Part shown: positions 9,996 to 19,780 of the stretch, piece by piece
Layout: each line of letters opens with the position of its first letter
Numbering within the stretch: the stretch's first letter is position 1
From: Candidatus Adlerbacteria bacterium
GTDB lineage: Bacteria > Patescibacteriota > Minisyncoccia > Phycocordibacterales > SBAW01
Reading direction: 5' to 3'
DNA length: 64,000 bases
Assembly (NCBI GenBank): GCA_963749085.1
Contig: CAVVLG010000002.1
Span: 19,178 to 83,177, forward strand
Program-made: the position numbers and the translations under genes
The notes under the pieces: generated by a model
The model's database searches: none
What the model was told of the DNA's origin: nothing
The model's input: the letters and a program-made list of their open reading frames with translations, nothing else

Positions 9996-10848
9996 CTAGA
10001 ACCAGTCTCAAAAATAATGTTTGAGTAATAGCATGATGCACGCGAGCTTCACGAAGGCGGCAAAGTTCTGCAGTTTGTATTCGTAGCGAGTCACGAGCTT
10101 TCTCCAGTTGTGCATCCACGCGAACAGCCGCTCAATCTTCCACCGGCGCTTGTAGGAGCGCAGCGCCCTGCCGTCCTGTGTTGCTCTGCGCACCCGGCCT
10201 CTGCGATGCGGTGAAATGAGTTTGATGCGGTATTTGTTCAGGAGCGTTCCATCCAGCGGATCGGAATCATATGCTCGGTCAGCCGTGAGGCGAAGCGGAT
10301 TCTGTCGGGTAAATCGCCGGGCAAGCGTGTCTTCAACCAACCGGACTTCGCTCGGAGAAGCAGAGGCCACATAGACGGCGACTGGAAGAGAGCCTTCGTC
10401 CGCAATCGCCATGATCTTGGTGCCTTTCCCACGCTTCGTGGGTCCCACGCCAAGACCCCCTTTTTTGCCCCCGCGAAGGTGGCATCGAGAAAGCAGCTCC
10501 TGAGCTTGATGCGCCCCCGGTATTCCATGTCCATGGCCAGGGCTTCGACGATGCGGTCAAAGGCGCCGCTCTCCACCCACTGCTGGAACCTGCGATGGCA
10601 GGTCTGGTAGGGCGGGTAGTCTTTCGGCAGGTGCTTCCACTGGGCGCCGGTCTTCAGTGCCCAGAGGATACCTTCCAGTATCTTGCGGTCGTCCTGCCGG
10701 GGACGGCCGCGGGTTTCCAAACGCTTGAGGGGTGTGACAAACGGAGCGATGACGCTCCACTGCTCGTTGGTGAGAGGCATGGGCAGGCAAATTACGGGTA
10801 ACGCCCTGTGCCTTTAGTCTACAACGGTATTTTTGAGATTGGTTCTAG
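9996..10848 (-). mobile_element. IS5-family element (IS427-like, two ORFs)
   Basis: Terminal inverted repeats CTAGAACCAGTCTCAAAAATA (9996) and TATTTTTGAGATTGGTTCTAG (ends 10848), one mismatch; TA/CTAG target at both ends. Confidence 0.9.
10008..10780 (-). CDS. IS5-family transposase, -1 frameshift fusion of two ORFs
   Basis: orfA MPLTNEQW...GILWALKTGAQWKHLPKDYPPYQTCHRRFQQW...LDAT; slippery AAAAAAG (plus strand 10460-10466); orfB GTKI, ADRAYDS, YKRRWKIERLFAW. Confidence 0.9.
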
Positions 10849-10854
10849 GTTCAT

Positions 10855-11112
10855 ATGAAGAAAGGACATCGTGTCGCTCCTGAGGTAAAGGAGCAGATTT
10901 TAGGTCGCATTAAAAACGAAGGGGTCTCCATTGCAGAGGCAGCCAAGGAGCACGGCATCACCAGCCGGATCATTTACAAATGGCTCGGCATGGGGGCGCA
11001 GGGAGCGCCCACCTACGGGGAGGTCTCCAAACTCCGCAAGGAGAACGCCGAACTCAAACAGCTGGTGGGAGAGATCACTCTCAAGCTCTCTGAGGCCCAA
11101 AAAAAGAAGTGA
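10855..11112 (+). CDS. IS3-family transposase OrfA (HTH)
   Basis: HTH (SIAEAAKEHGI..IYKW) plus leucine zipper; ends at an A-run slippery site near 11099-11107. Confidence 0.9.
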   Translation: MKKGHRVAPEVKEQILGRIKNEGVSIAEAAKEHGITSRIIYKWLGMGAQGAPTYGEVSKLRKENAELKQLVGEITLKLSEAQKKK

Positions 11113-11927
11113 GAGACAACAGTACAGTCAACAAGACCCTGCTCGCCAAAGAGCTTGGCGTCTCGCGCCGGAGCCTCTACTACTATGCAACGAAACCAGC
11201 CAAGGACTGGACGCTCAAGTGCCGCATCGAGGAAGTACTGCGGGAGTTTCCCAGCTACGGGCACAAGCGACTGGCACTCCATCTCAAACTCAACAAGAAG
11301 CGGGTGCGCAGAGTCATGCGGCTTTTTGGCATCAAGCCCTACCGCAGGCGCGGTAGAAAACCCAAGCGGGACAAGACGCTCTCGACTCGTGCATACCCGA
11401 ACCTGCTCATGGTCATGCCGCCGGTCCGTCCACACCACATTTGGGTCGCCGACTTCACCTACCTGCCATTCCATGGACGGTTCGTGTACCTCGCCACGGT
11501 CATGGATGTTTTTGGCAGGGAGATTGTCGGCTGGAGCGTGCTCACGACGCACTCAACGCAGTTAGTACTCGGAGCGCTGTTTTCGGCCCTGCAGCAGCGA
11601 CCGCCTCCAGCGGTCTTCCACAGCGACAACGGTAGAGAGTATGGGTCCAAGGGCTTCATCGAAGCGCTCACCCTCTTGGGTGTTGCGGTATCCCGCTCAA
11701 AGAAAAGTTGTCCATGGGAGAACGGGTATCAAGAAAGTTTCTACTCTCAGTTCAAGGTGGACTTGGGAGATCCGGAGCGCTTTGAAACGCTTGGTGAGCT
11801 GGTGTATGAAATCCATCAGGCGATATGCCACTACAACACGAGGCGCATCCATTCCAGACTCCGGATGCCGCCCGCAGTGTTTGCCGCCGCTCACAGAACT
11901 GCTACACTACAAGCAATCGTTCACTAG
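11109..11927 (+). CDS. IS3-family transposase OrfB (DDE/rve)
   Basis: YGHKRL, WVADFTY, VMDVFGREIVGW, HSDNGREY, ENGYQESF, YNTRRIHSRL. Confidence 0.93.
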   Translation: MRDNSTVNKTLLAKELGVSRRSLYYYATKPAKDWTLKCRIEEVLREFPSYGHKRLALHLKLNKKRVRRVMRLFGIKPYRRRGRKPKRDKTLSTRAYPNLLMVMPPVRPHHIWVADFTYLPFHGRFVYLATVMDVFGREIVGWSVLTTHSTQLVLGALFSALQQRPPPAVFHSDNGREYGSKGFIEALTLLGVAVSRSKKSCPWENGYQESFYSQFKVDLGDPERFETLGELVYEIHQAICHYNTRRIHSRLRMPPAVFAAAHRTATLQAIVH

Positions 11928-11960
11928 GTGCGCAAAGAAAAGGGTACCTTGCACTCTCTG

Positions 11961-12041
11961 TGCCGGAGGTGGGACTTGAACCCACATCCCTTGCGAGACA
12001 CGATTTTGAGTCGTGCGCGTATACCATTCCGCCACTCCGGC
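11961..12041 (-). tRNA. tRNA-Leu(CAA)
   Basis: Reverse complement GCCGGAG...CTCCGGC-A, anticodon arm CACGA CT CAA AA TCGTG, variable arm, GTTCAAGTC. Confidence 0.96.
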
Positions 12042-12061
12042 CTCGTGCTAGAATATCTTTT

Positions 12062-13018
12062 ATGTCGCAGTTTTACAATAACGCTATTTTCTGGGTCGAA
12101 GTCGAGAAGATAAAGCCAAATCCTTTTCAGCCTCGCAAGGAGTTCGACGAGGCGAAACTCGCCGACCTCGCCCGCTCCATACGCCAGTACGGCGTCATTC
12201 AGCCGCTCACCGTCACCCGCAAAGAAGTGACGAAGGGGGATGGCGGTCTTGTTGCCGAATATGAGCTTATTTCGGGGGAGCGTCGTCTGCGTGCTGCCAA
12301 AATAGCCGGTGTTCGCGAAGTACCCGTCCTTATCCGCGAGGGCATGGATGATGATAAGACAAAACTGGAATTGGCCATCATCGAGAATCTCCAGCGGGAG
12401 GACCTCAATCCGATAGACCGCGCCAAAGCGTTCGCTCAACTTGTCGATGATTTTGGTTTTAAACACAACCAGATAGCCGAGAAGATAGGCAAAAGCCGAG
12501 AGTACGTAAGCAACAGCATTCGTTTGCTCGCAATGCCCCAGGAAATGCAGGATGCACTTTCGGAAGGCAAAATCTCGGAAGGACATACGAGGCCGCTTCT
12601 CATGCTCACGGATCGTCCCAAAGAGCAGGAAACGTTGTTTCGCGAAATAATGCTTAAGCGCCTCACGGTCCGCGACACCGAAAGCATCGCGCGTCGCATT
12701 GCCACCGACCGCGTGCGTAAGAAAGAGTATCTGTATTCGCCCGAGGTATTGGCGATGGAGAAAGAACTGACTGAATCCTTAGGTACTCGGGTAGCCATTG
12801 AGACCAAAGAGAATGGGGGTAAACTCTCCATTGATTTCATGAGCGAGGATGATCTGCGCACGCTCTTTGCAACCTTGGCGGCCCGTGTCGCGGCCTCTCC
12901 AAAACCTATTGCGTCTGAATCTACTCCCGATATTCCCGTGCAGGAACTCGACGACCGTTCCAAAGACGAAAGAGCGGAGGATGAGAACACCTTCGATCCA
13001 AGCAGTTTTTCCATCTAA
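12062..13018 (+). CDS. parB: ParB/Spo0J chromosome partition protein
   Basis: [44 protein letters not shown]; start moved to ATG 12062. Confidence 0.93.
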   Translation: MSQFYNNAIFWVEVEKIKPNPFQPRKEFDEAKLADLARSIRQYGVIQPLTVTRKEVTKGDGGLVAEYELISGERRLRAAKIAGVREVPVLIREGMDDDKTKLELAIIENLQREDLNPIDRAKAFAQLVDDFGFKHNQIAEKIGKSREYVSNSIRLLAMPQEMQDALSEGKISEGHTRPLLMLTDRPKEQETLFREIMLKRLTVRDTESIARRIATDRVRKKEYLYSPEVLAMEKELTESLGTRVAIETKENGGKLSIDFMSEDDLRTLFATLAARVAASPKPIASESTPDIPVQELDDRSKDERAEDENTFDPSSFSI

Positions 13019-14577
13019 GCTTTCTTCTCTTTGTCGAGTGCACTGCGAATGTGCCGGCGCGCAAGGGTAGTCTTGGCAAAATCAAGCCACTTGACCTTCG
13101 GGTGAGCAGTTTTTTTGGTCTGAATTTCGACAATGTCGCCGTTGTGGAGCACAGTGTCGAGCTGGACTAATTTATTGTTGACTTTGACGCCGAACACATG
13201 GTCGCCGATATCGGAATGTATGGCGTATGCAAAATCTATGGGACTCGAATTAGTTGGCAAATCGACCACGTCGCCGGTTGGGGTGAATACGAACACCCGC
13301 CAGTTGAATATGTCGGTTTTGAGTGTGGTTTCAAAATCGGGATCCTGAACACCGTCGGTGATATCAGAGAGCCACTCCGGGCCGCCTTTTGCTCCGTAGC
13401 GCGCGCGTTTGCCAATCTCGGTTTGCGAAACTCCTTTCTTGTTTGGTGCTGCCGTGCTGCGCTGGGTAAATCTGGGTATAAGACTTTTTATCCAATCAAA
13501 ACTTGACCCGCGTGCACTACTGCTGTGTGAGGAGGAAATATTGTGCGAACCCCCGTCCTTATATCCGACGTGCGCCGCAATGCCGTACTCCGCTTCCAAA
13601 TGCATCTCCTCAGTGCGGATTTGTATCTCGACAATGCCGCCGTCGCCGGAGAAGACAGTGGTGTGGACGCTTTGATAGCCGTTGGGCTTCGGGAAGGCGA
13701 TGTAGTCCTTTATTTTGTTCGGGAGCGGCTGCCAGAGATTGTTCACGAGCCCCAGCACGCGATAGCAGTCGGAAACGTCTTTGACGATGATGCGCAGCGC
13801 CGCGATGTCGTAGATTTTTTCGATGTCGCCTTCCTTGCGCTGGAGCTTGCGCCAGAGACTGTAGATCCCTTTGATGCGGTAATCAGTTCGAAACTCGGTG
13901 ATGTCATTTTTTGCGAGCTCCTTGCGGAGCGTTTTTTGCATTTTCTCAAGCTGTCGGATAGTCTCTTTCGAACGCTCAGCCAGCAATTTTTTCGTTTTCT
14001 TGTATTCATCCGGCAGCGCATACTCAAAGGCCAGATCCTCAAGCTCCCGGCGCACGACTCCCATGCCGAGCCGGTGGGCTATGGCCGCATATATCTCCAT
14101 CGTCTCAAGCGCGATACGCTCCCGCTTTTGAGCGGGCACGTGCGCAAGGGTGCGCATGTTGTGGAGGCGATCCATGAGCTTGATGATAAGGACGCGCGCG
14201 TCCTTGCCAGTTGCCACCAGCAATTTGCGCAGACTTTCACGGTGGCGTTCGGCCCCACGGTATTTAAGCCGTCCGAGCTTCGTAACCCCCTCCACCAAAA
14301 ATCGCACCTCTTTACCAAACTCCTTTTCCAGTGTTTCCGGCGAGACACCCACGTCCTCGATGCTATCGTGCAAAAGCGCCGCGGCGACCGTGCTGGCGCC
14401 AAGCCCCAATTCCGCTATGCCCTTGGCCGTCTCGACCAAGTGGGTAAGATAGGGCTCGCCGCTGAATCTCGTGTGGTCCTTATGGGCCTCGGCAGCAAAG
14501 GCGTAGGCTTTCTCGACCAGCGCTTTGTCCTCCGGGCTCGGCGCGCTCATTTTCTGGAGTATGTCCTCTGCCCCCAT
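13015..14577 (-). CDS. rel: RelA/SpoT (p)ppGpp synthetase/hydrolase (HD+SYNTH+TGS, no ACT)
   Basis: RFSGEPY, LHDSIED, DRLHNMRTL, KPNGYQSVHT, EIQIRT, TGS DFAYAIHSDIG. Confidence 0.93.
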   Translation of the reverse strand: MGAEDILQKMSAPSPEDKALVEKAYAFAAEAHKDHTRFSGEPYLTHLVETAKGIAELGLGASTVAAALLHDSIEDVGVSPETLEKEFGKEVRFLVEGVTKLGRLKYRGAERHRESLRKLLVATGKDARVLIIKLMDRLHNMRTLAHVPAQKRERIALETMEIYAAIAHRLGMGVVRRELEDLAFEYALPDEYKKTKKLLAERSKETIRQLEKMQKTLRKELAKNDITEFRTDYRIKGIYSLWRKLQRKEGDIEKIYDIAALRIIVKDVSDCYRVLGLVNNLWQPLPNKIKDYIAFPKPNGYQSVHTTVFSGDGGIVEIQIRTEEMHLEAEYGIAAHVGYKDGGSHNISSSHSSSARGSSFDWIKSLIPRFTQRSTAAPNKKGVSQTEIGKRARYGAKGGPEWLSDITDGVQDPDFETTLKTDIFNWRVFVFTPTGDVVDLPTNSSPIDFAYAIHSDIGDHVFGVKVNNKLVQLDTVLHNGDIVEIQTKKTAHPKVKWLDFAKTTLARRHIRSALDKEKKA

Positions 14578-14627
14578 ATCAGAAGTCTACTCTTTCTTGA
14601 GGAGAGGAACAAATCTCGCAATAATTG

Positions 14628-16838
14628 TTACTTTTTTTTCCTCACGAATCCTCTTTTCTTTTTTTCTTCTTTCAAAATCTCCAGAGCCCGCGGGAGCTCA
14701 ATGGTATACACGTCATCAGTTTTCAACGATCGGAAATCTTTCTCATGCACGATGAAGGGTCCGAAACGGCCTATGGATGCGGTAATAGGCTCATGCGTCT
14801 CGGGGTGGTTACCCAGGACGCGGGGGAGCGCCAGGTACTTGAGCGCTTCCTGCAAACTGACGCTTTCAGGATCCTTGTCTTTGGGGAGCGACGCGCGCTT
14901 GGGCTTCACTCTCGCTGCTTTGCCCCTGACTCCTTTTTTCTTGCTTTCGCCCAATTGCACAAAGGGACCGAAACGACCGCTGAGCACATACACGAACTCG
15001 CCGGTCTTTGGATCCGTGCCCAAGGGTTTTGCCGGTTCATTGGATATGGCCTCGCCTTGCTCGGTGCGTGCTCCATGGCACTCAGGAAAGCGCGAACACG
15101 ACATGAATTTGCCTTGGCGGGAGAGTTTATACACCATGGGAGCGCCGCATAGGGGACAGGTAAACTCTGCAGGCACGGGCCCCAGGTCAGTCAATTTACC
15201 CGCTTCCTTGTCTTTTATTCTTACTTCCTTATGAAACGGCGTGTAAAAATCACTGAGTGTTTTTTTATATTCCCGTTTACCTTCGGCTATCTCGTCGAGC
15301 TCGTCCTCCATTTCCGCAGTGAAGGTGTCGCTGATATAGGTAGGGAAGTTGTCTTCAAGGAAAGTCGAGACGACGTCGCCGGTGTCGGTAGGTTTCAGCG
15401 TCCGGCCCTCTTTTTCTACATACCCGCGCGCATCAAGGGTGCGCATGATTGATGCATAGGTTGAGGGGCGGCCGATGCCGCGCTTTTCAAGTTCCCTGAT
15501 AAGGCCGGCTTCGGTGTAGCGCGGCGGGGGCGTGGTTTGTTTTTCTTCAGCTGAAATATCTCTGACCTCCAACGACTCCCCAGTAGATACTTTCGGCAGC
15601 TCGACATCTTCGCCGCGGGCCTCCGGGTCGGCTTTGAGCCATCCATCGAACACTACACGCGAACCGTTGGCCACGAAGGAAGGTATGTGGTTGTCTTTAG
15701 TTTTCGCCTCAATCTTAGTGCGCAAGACTTTCGCGTCCGCCATTTGTGAAGCCATGGCACGCGACCAGATAAGCTTATAGAGCCTCTTTTGCTCCGGGGT
15801 CGTACCGGAGTTCTCTTTTTCTATGTGCGTCGGGCGAATAGCCTCGTGCGCTTCCTGCGCATTTTTTGATTTGGCGGTATATACGTGCGACTCGGCATAC
15901 TCTTTACCGAACTTTTTTTCAACCTGAGCAAGAATCGCGGCACGCGCCGGAGCTCCGAGATTTGTCGAGTCGGTGCGCATGTAGGTAATATGGCCCGCTT
16001 CATAGAGCCGCTGGGCCACCTGCATGGTGCGGGAAGGAGAGAACCCGAGCCTTGAGCTTGCGGTTTGCTGGAGTGTTGAGGTAGTGAAGGGCGCCCTTGG
16101 AGTGCGCTTGGCTTCCGCTTCGTTCACCTCAAAGACCGCGAGTCCATCTTTTTTAACTGCGGCTATGATGGTATCAACCTCATCCCTTTTCTTGGGTTCT
16201 TCAGCGCACGTGAGTAGAAGCGAGTCATGGCGGGGAGTCTCGGTCTGGGCTGTTATCACATAAAAGGTTTCGGGCTTAAAGGCGCGAATTTCACGTTCGC
16301 GCTCCATAATGATGCGCAACGCTGGCGACTGCACGCGGCCCGCCGAGAGCCCGTAACGGACTTTCTTCCATATAAGCCCAGAGAGGTCGTATCCCACGAG
16401 CCTATCGAGTACCCTCCGAGCCTCCTGTGCCAGGCGCAGATGCTCATCTATCGTGCGTGGATGAGCCAGGGCTTCCTCAATAGCCTCTTTGGTTATCTCG
16501 TGAAAAACAATACGCTCAGGCTTCTTGAGCCCCAATTCTTCCTTTATATGCCACGCAATAGCCTCCCCCTCACGGTCGGGGTCGGTGGCAAGTATGACCT
16601 CGTCGGCCTTCTTAGCCAGGGCTTTGAGGTCGTGGATGATATGCGCCTTGCCGGGGACCACCTCATAGTGGGGAATAAAGCCTCCGGGAATGTCTATCGC
16701 TTTTTTATTTGATTTCGGCAGGTCGCGCACGTGGCCAACCGAGGCACGCACGAGAAAGTCGCCTTTGGAATCAATAGAGTCCAAATATTTCTCAATAGTC
16801 TTCGCTTTGGCGGGCGACTCGACGATAACCAGTTTCAT
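14628..16838 (-). CDS. topA: DNA topoisomerase I
   Basis: LVIVESPAKAKTI, ATDPDREGE, SAGRVQS, ITYMRTDS, one Zn ribbon (CPLC...CSRFPEC) plus GRFGP C-terminal repeats. Confidence 0.96.
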   Translation of the reverse strand: MKLVIVESPAKAKTIEKYLDSIDSKGDFLVRASVGHVRDLPKSNKKAIDIPGGFIPHYEVVPGKAHIIHDLKALAKKADEVILATDPDREGEAIAWHIKEELGLKKPERIVFHEITKEAIEEALAHPRTIDEHLRLAQEARRVLDRLVGYDLSGLIWKKVRYGLSAGRVQSPALRIIMEREREIRAFKPETFYVITAQTETPRHDSLLLTCAEEPKKRDEVDTIIAAVKKDGLAVFEVNEAEAKRTPRAPFTTSTLQQTASSRLGFSPSRTMQVAQRLYEAGHITYMRTDSTNLGAPARAAILAQVEKKFGKEYAESHVYTAKSKNAQEAHEAIRPTHIEKENSGTTPEQKRLYKLIWSRAMASQMADAKVLRTKIEAKTKDNHIPSFVANGSRVVFDGWLKADPEARGEDVELPKVSTGESLEVRDISAEEKQTTPPPRYTEAGLIRELEKRGIGRPSTYASIMRTLDARGYVEKEGRTLKPTDTGDVVSTFLEDNFPTYISDTFTAEMEDELDEIAEGKREYKKTLSDFYTPFHKEVRIKDKEAGKLTDLGPVPAEFTCPLCGAPMVYKLSRQGKFMSCSRFPECHGARTEQGEAISNEPAKPLGTDPKTGEFVYVLSGRFGPFVQLGESKKKGVRGKAARVKPKRASLPKDKDPESVSLQEALKYLALPRVLGNHPETHEPITASIGRFGPFIVHEKDFRSLKTDDVYTIELPRALEILKEEKKKRGFVRKKK

Positions 16839-16925
16839 TCAGTGCTTACATTGATATACCAGATACGAAAATAATGCAAAGGGTTGATTAAAAAATTGCT
16901 CCCGCGCAATGCGGGAGCAGCTGAC

Positions 16926-17453
16926 TCATCGATACCACTTGAAGGCGATCGCTGCGATCTCGCGGCGAGTGAGATCGTTGGGATTTCCGGATACTTCGCT
17001 CGGAGTCGGAAAAGGTGAGCGTCTTCCGCCGAAGTCGTGATCGTTCACGAGACGCTCTACGACGGAAGAAGTTCCCGGCGCAATACCTGCACGAGCTGGC
17101 AGTGGTAAAGTGAAACTTTCTTTTGCCGAGGCTTTTTTTACAGTCCGCCCTTGTGCTTGCAGCGTATTGAGAGAAACGACGTTTGTCTGTGAACCCACCC
17201 CAGGTATTGCTACAGTGGGTATCGGAACCGCCCTTTTTCCTTTCGAGCCGCGCAAGGCCATGGTAGTCGGATGGTTTACAGGTTGGTTCCACGCTCCCTC
17301 GTTTTTCTTTTTGCGCACGATTTTCGCCCGAAAGAGAAGGCCAGCTATTTGGCTCTGCCCGACCCCGGTCATTTCTTCGATCTTTGAATTACTGAGCCCT
17401 TGTCTTCCGAGTCTTAGTACCTCAGCTTTCTTTGCCTCACTGGGTGGTGACAT
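16926..17453 (-). CDS. Hypothetical protein with N-terminal HTH-like motif
   Basis: AEVLRLGRQGLSNSKIEEMTGVGQSQIAGLLFR; AAGGAG SD upstream of ATG 17453. Confidence 0.55.
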   Translation of the reverse strand: MSPPSEAKKAEVLRLGRQGLSNSKIEEMTGVGQSQIAGLLFRAKIVRKKKNEGAWNQPVNHPTTMALRGSKGKRAVPIPTVAIPGVGSQTNVVSLNTLQAQGRTVKKASAKESFTLPLPARAGIAPGTSSVVERLVNDHDFGGRRSPFPTPSEVSGNPNDLTRREIAAIAFKWYR

Positions 17454-17629
17454 GAACGTCTCCTTGCCTGTTGTGTGTAACGAACGCAACTCCTGGCACT
17501 GTACTATATCCCCCTAGTCTTGCCTATAGGTTCTGAGATGAACCTATAGACGAGGGGAGAAATATACGAGAAGAGTATCTTCGGCGGTTGTCGCAATGGG
17601 TATTGCATTGTAGGCTATACTTATATTCT

Positions 17630-18916
17630 ATGCTCGATATACAATTTATCCGCGAAAATCCTGATCTGGTTCGCGCAGCGATAAAGAACAAAAACCGCGA
17701 AGGCATAGATCTTGATCGTATCTTGATGCTTGCCGACGAGCGCAAAAAGGCTTCCGGAATAATCTCCGAGGTCAACCGCAAGCGCGGAGAGACGCAGGAG
17801 TTGCGCGATGCCGAAGCCGGCAAGAAGCTCAAGGATGAGCTCAAAACGGCGGAAGAGAAGTACCAAGCCATAGAGAAGGAATTAGTGTCCCTTCTCATTA
17901 AAATACCTAACGTTCCTTCGGCCGATACACCGGTGGGGAAGGATGAGTCCGGCAACAAAGTCATCCGCACCTGGGGAAATAAACCAAAATTTTCATTCAC
18001 CCCTAAAGCGCACTGGGACATTGGCAGGGAACTCGGCATTATCGACAGCGAAAAAGCGGCGGAGATAAGTGGCACGCGCTTCACATATCTCAAAGGCGAT
18101 TTGGTGCTGATGCAGTCAGCGCTTATGGACTTTGCGATCCGGGTGCTTACGTCCGAAGACGCGTTGCAGAAAATCATTCGCGTGGCGGGACTCTCTGTTT
18201 CAAGCAAGCCGTTTGTGCCGGTCATACCGCCCCTTATGATGCATGCGCAGGTTATGAACCGCATGGCGCGCCTGGATCCCATTGAAGACCGTTTTTATCT
18301 TGAGAAGGACAATCTGGTCTTAATAGGCAGTGCCGAACATACTCTAGGACCCCTTCATATGGACGAGGTGCTTGAGGAAGTACGACTGCCTCTACGCTAT
18401 GTGGCCGTGACGCCGGCATTTCGCCGCGAGGCAGGCGCGGCGGGGAAGGATACGCGCGGAATTTTGCGTTTGCATCAATTCGACAAAATGGAAATGGAAT
18501 CCTTTACCAAACCGGAAGACGGCCTTACGGAACAGGATCTTATGGTTGCGATACAGGAGCACCTTATGCAGCAGCTTAAGTTGCCTTACCAGGTCGTGGC
18601 TGTGTGCACGGGTGATATGGGTTTCCCCGACCAGCGCCAAATAGACGTTGAAGCCTGGATGGCAGGGCAAAACACATTCCGCGAAACACACACCTCCGAC
18701 TATATCGGCGGATTCCAGGCTCGGCGTCTCAACACTCGGTTAAAGCGCACAAACGGTGAAAAGGAACCGGTGCATATGAACGACGCCACCGCGCTATCCC
18801 AGCGCCCGCTCATCGCCATTCTTGAAAATTATCAAAATGAAGACGGCTCAGTTATGGTTCCCGAAGTCCTGCGCCCCCATATGGGGAAGGATCGCATCGA
18901 AAAGGTAAAGATATAG
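17630..18916 (+). CDS. serS: Seryl-tRNA synthetase
   Basis: MLDIQFIRENPD, FRREAGAAGKDTRGILRLHQFDKME, QARRLN, ILENYQ. Confidence 0.96.
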   Translation: MLDIQFIRENPDLVRAAIKNKNREGIDLDRILMLADERKKASGIISEVNRKRGETQELRDAEAGKKLKDELKTAEEKYQAIEKELVSLLIKIPNVPSADTPVGKDESGNKVIRTWGNKPKFSFTPKAHWDIGRELGIIDSEKAAEISGTRFTYLKGDLVLMQSALMDFAIRVLTSEDALQKIIRVAGLSVSSKPFVPVIPPLMMHAQVMNRMARLDPIEDRFYLEKDNLVLIGSAEHTLGPLHMDEVLEEVRLPLRYVAVTPAFRREAGAAGKDTRGILRLHQFDKMEMESFTKPEDGLTEQDLMVAIQEHLMQQLKLPYQVVAVCTGDMGFPDQRQIDVEAWMAGQNTFRETHTSDYIGGFQARRLNTRLKRTNGEKEPVHMNDATALSQRPLIAILENYQNEDGSVMVPEVLRPHMGKDRIEKVKI

Positions 18917-18919
18917 ATT

Positions 18920-19771
18920 ATGGATCGGGCGATACTCGGGGAGTCCAGAGTGCGCGCACGGCGTCGGCGTCGCCGGATATTTGCCACATTATTCATTTTT
19001 TTCCTCCTGGCGCTTATATTCGGCGGAGTGGTGTGGCTTTCTCGCGATCCGTTTTTGCGCCTCACAGGGGTGGAGGTCTCTGGAGCACAGACGCTCTCGA
19101 CCTCAACCATTACCGCCTATGTGGAGCAACAAATCTCAGGCTATTACTATCACCTATTTCCGAAGAACAATTTCTTTCTCTATCCGAAATCGGCAATCTC
19201 TGAGGGCCTCCTCACTTTCATGCCGACGCTTCAGAGCGTGAGCGTCGGCACTCAGGGCCTCCATACTATTGCAGTGGTAATCGTCGAGCGCACACCGGAG
19301 GCGCTGTGGTGCGGCTCGGCTTCTTCTACTCCGGGAGAAGCCGCATCGTGCTCGTATATGGATCAACATGGCGTTGTTTATGCGCCGGCCCCTACGCTCT
19401 CAAGTGGCGGCACCTCAGAGCCGCTGCCCGGATATGAATCCTATTATGGCACTCTCAGCAACACCTCCCCGCCGCAGTATCTCAGCCCTCCACAGTTCCA
19501 GTCGCTCTCAACACTTATCAACGCTCTGGCCACGCAAACTGCCACTGACACTATCCAAAGCGTGTTTGTCGACAACAGTGACGACGTCTACGTGCAGTTT
19601 CTCAGCGGCTTTCAGCTTATTTTCGCCCTCAGCGACGCCGGCGGCGATGTCTATCAGCGTTTTGAATTGGCGCTCCAGTCCAACCTGTTCAAGTCGCATC
19701 CGTTGTCGGACTTTGGGTATCTCGACCTGCGCTTCGGCGACAAGCTGTACTACATGCTCAAATCGCCGTAA
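18920..19771 (+). CDS. ftsQ: FtsQ/DivIB-like cell division protein
   Basis: Basic N-terminus, TM helix, POTRA-like segment, ER.P motif, C-terminal YLDLRFGDKLYY. Confidence 0.75.
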   Translation: MDRAILGESRVRARRRRRRIFATLFIFFLLALIFGGVVWLSRDPFLRLTGVEVSGAQTLSTSTITAYVEQQISGYYYHLFPKNNFFLYPKSAISEGLLTFMPTLQSVSVGTQGLHTIAVVIVERTPEALWCGSASSTPGEAASCSYMDQHGVVYAPAPTLSSGGTSEPLPGYESYYGTLSNTSPPQYLSPPQFQSLSTLINALATQTATDTIQSVFVDNSDDVYVQFLSGFQLIFALSDAGGDVYQRFELALQSNLFKSHPLSDFGYLDLRFGDKLYYMLKSP

Positions 19772-19780
19772 GGTAGAGCG

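Larger units (their letters stand above)
9937..11953 (+). mobile_element. IS3-family element (interrupted near left end by an IS5)
   Basis: TG...CA ends; imperfect ~31-bp IRs TGGCAGGTCCCCCAAAATTTTCTCACCAAGT (9937) and the reverse complement of 11923-11953 TGCAAGGTACCCTTTTCTTTGCGCACCTAGT; orfA/orfB inside. Confidence 0.85.

Noticed and set aside
11825-12061. N-terminal extension of ParB in the ORF track
   Set aside because: It runs through the IS3 end and antisense tRNA-Leu; the real start is ATG 12062 after a TAGAAT box.
13543-15234. 563-aa plus-strand ORF
   Set aside because: Antisense shadow of rel and topA, with no recognisable motifs.
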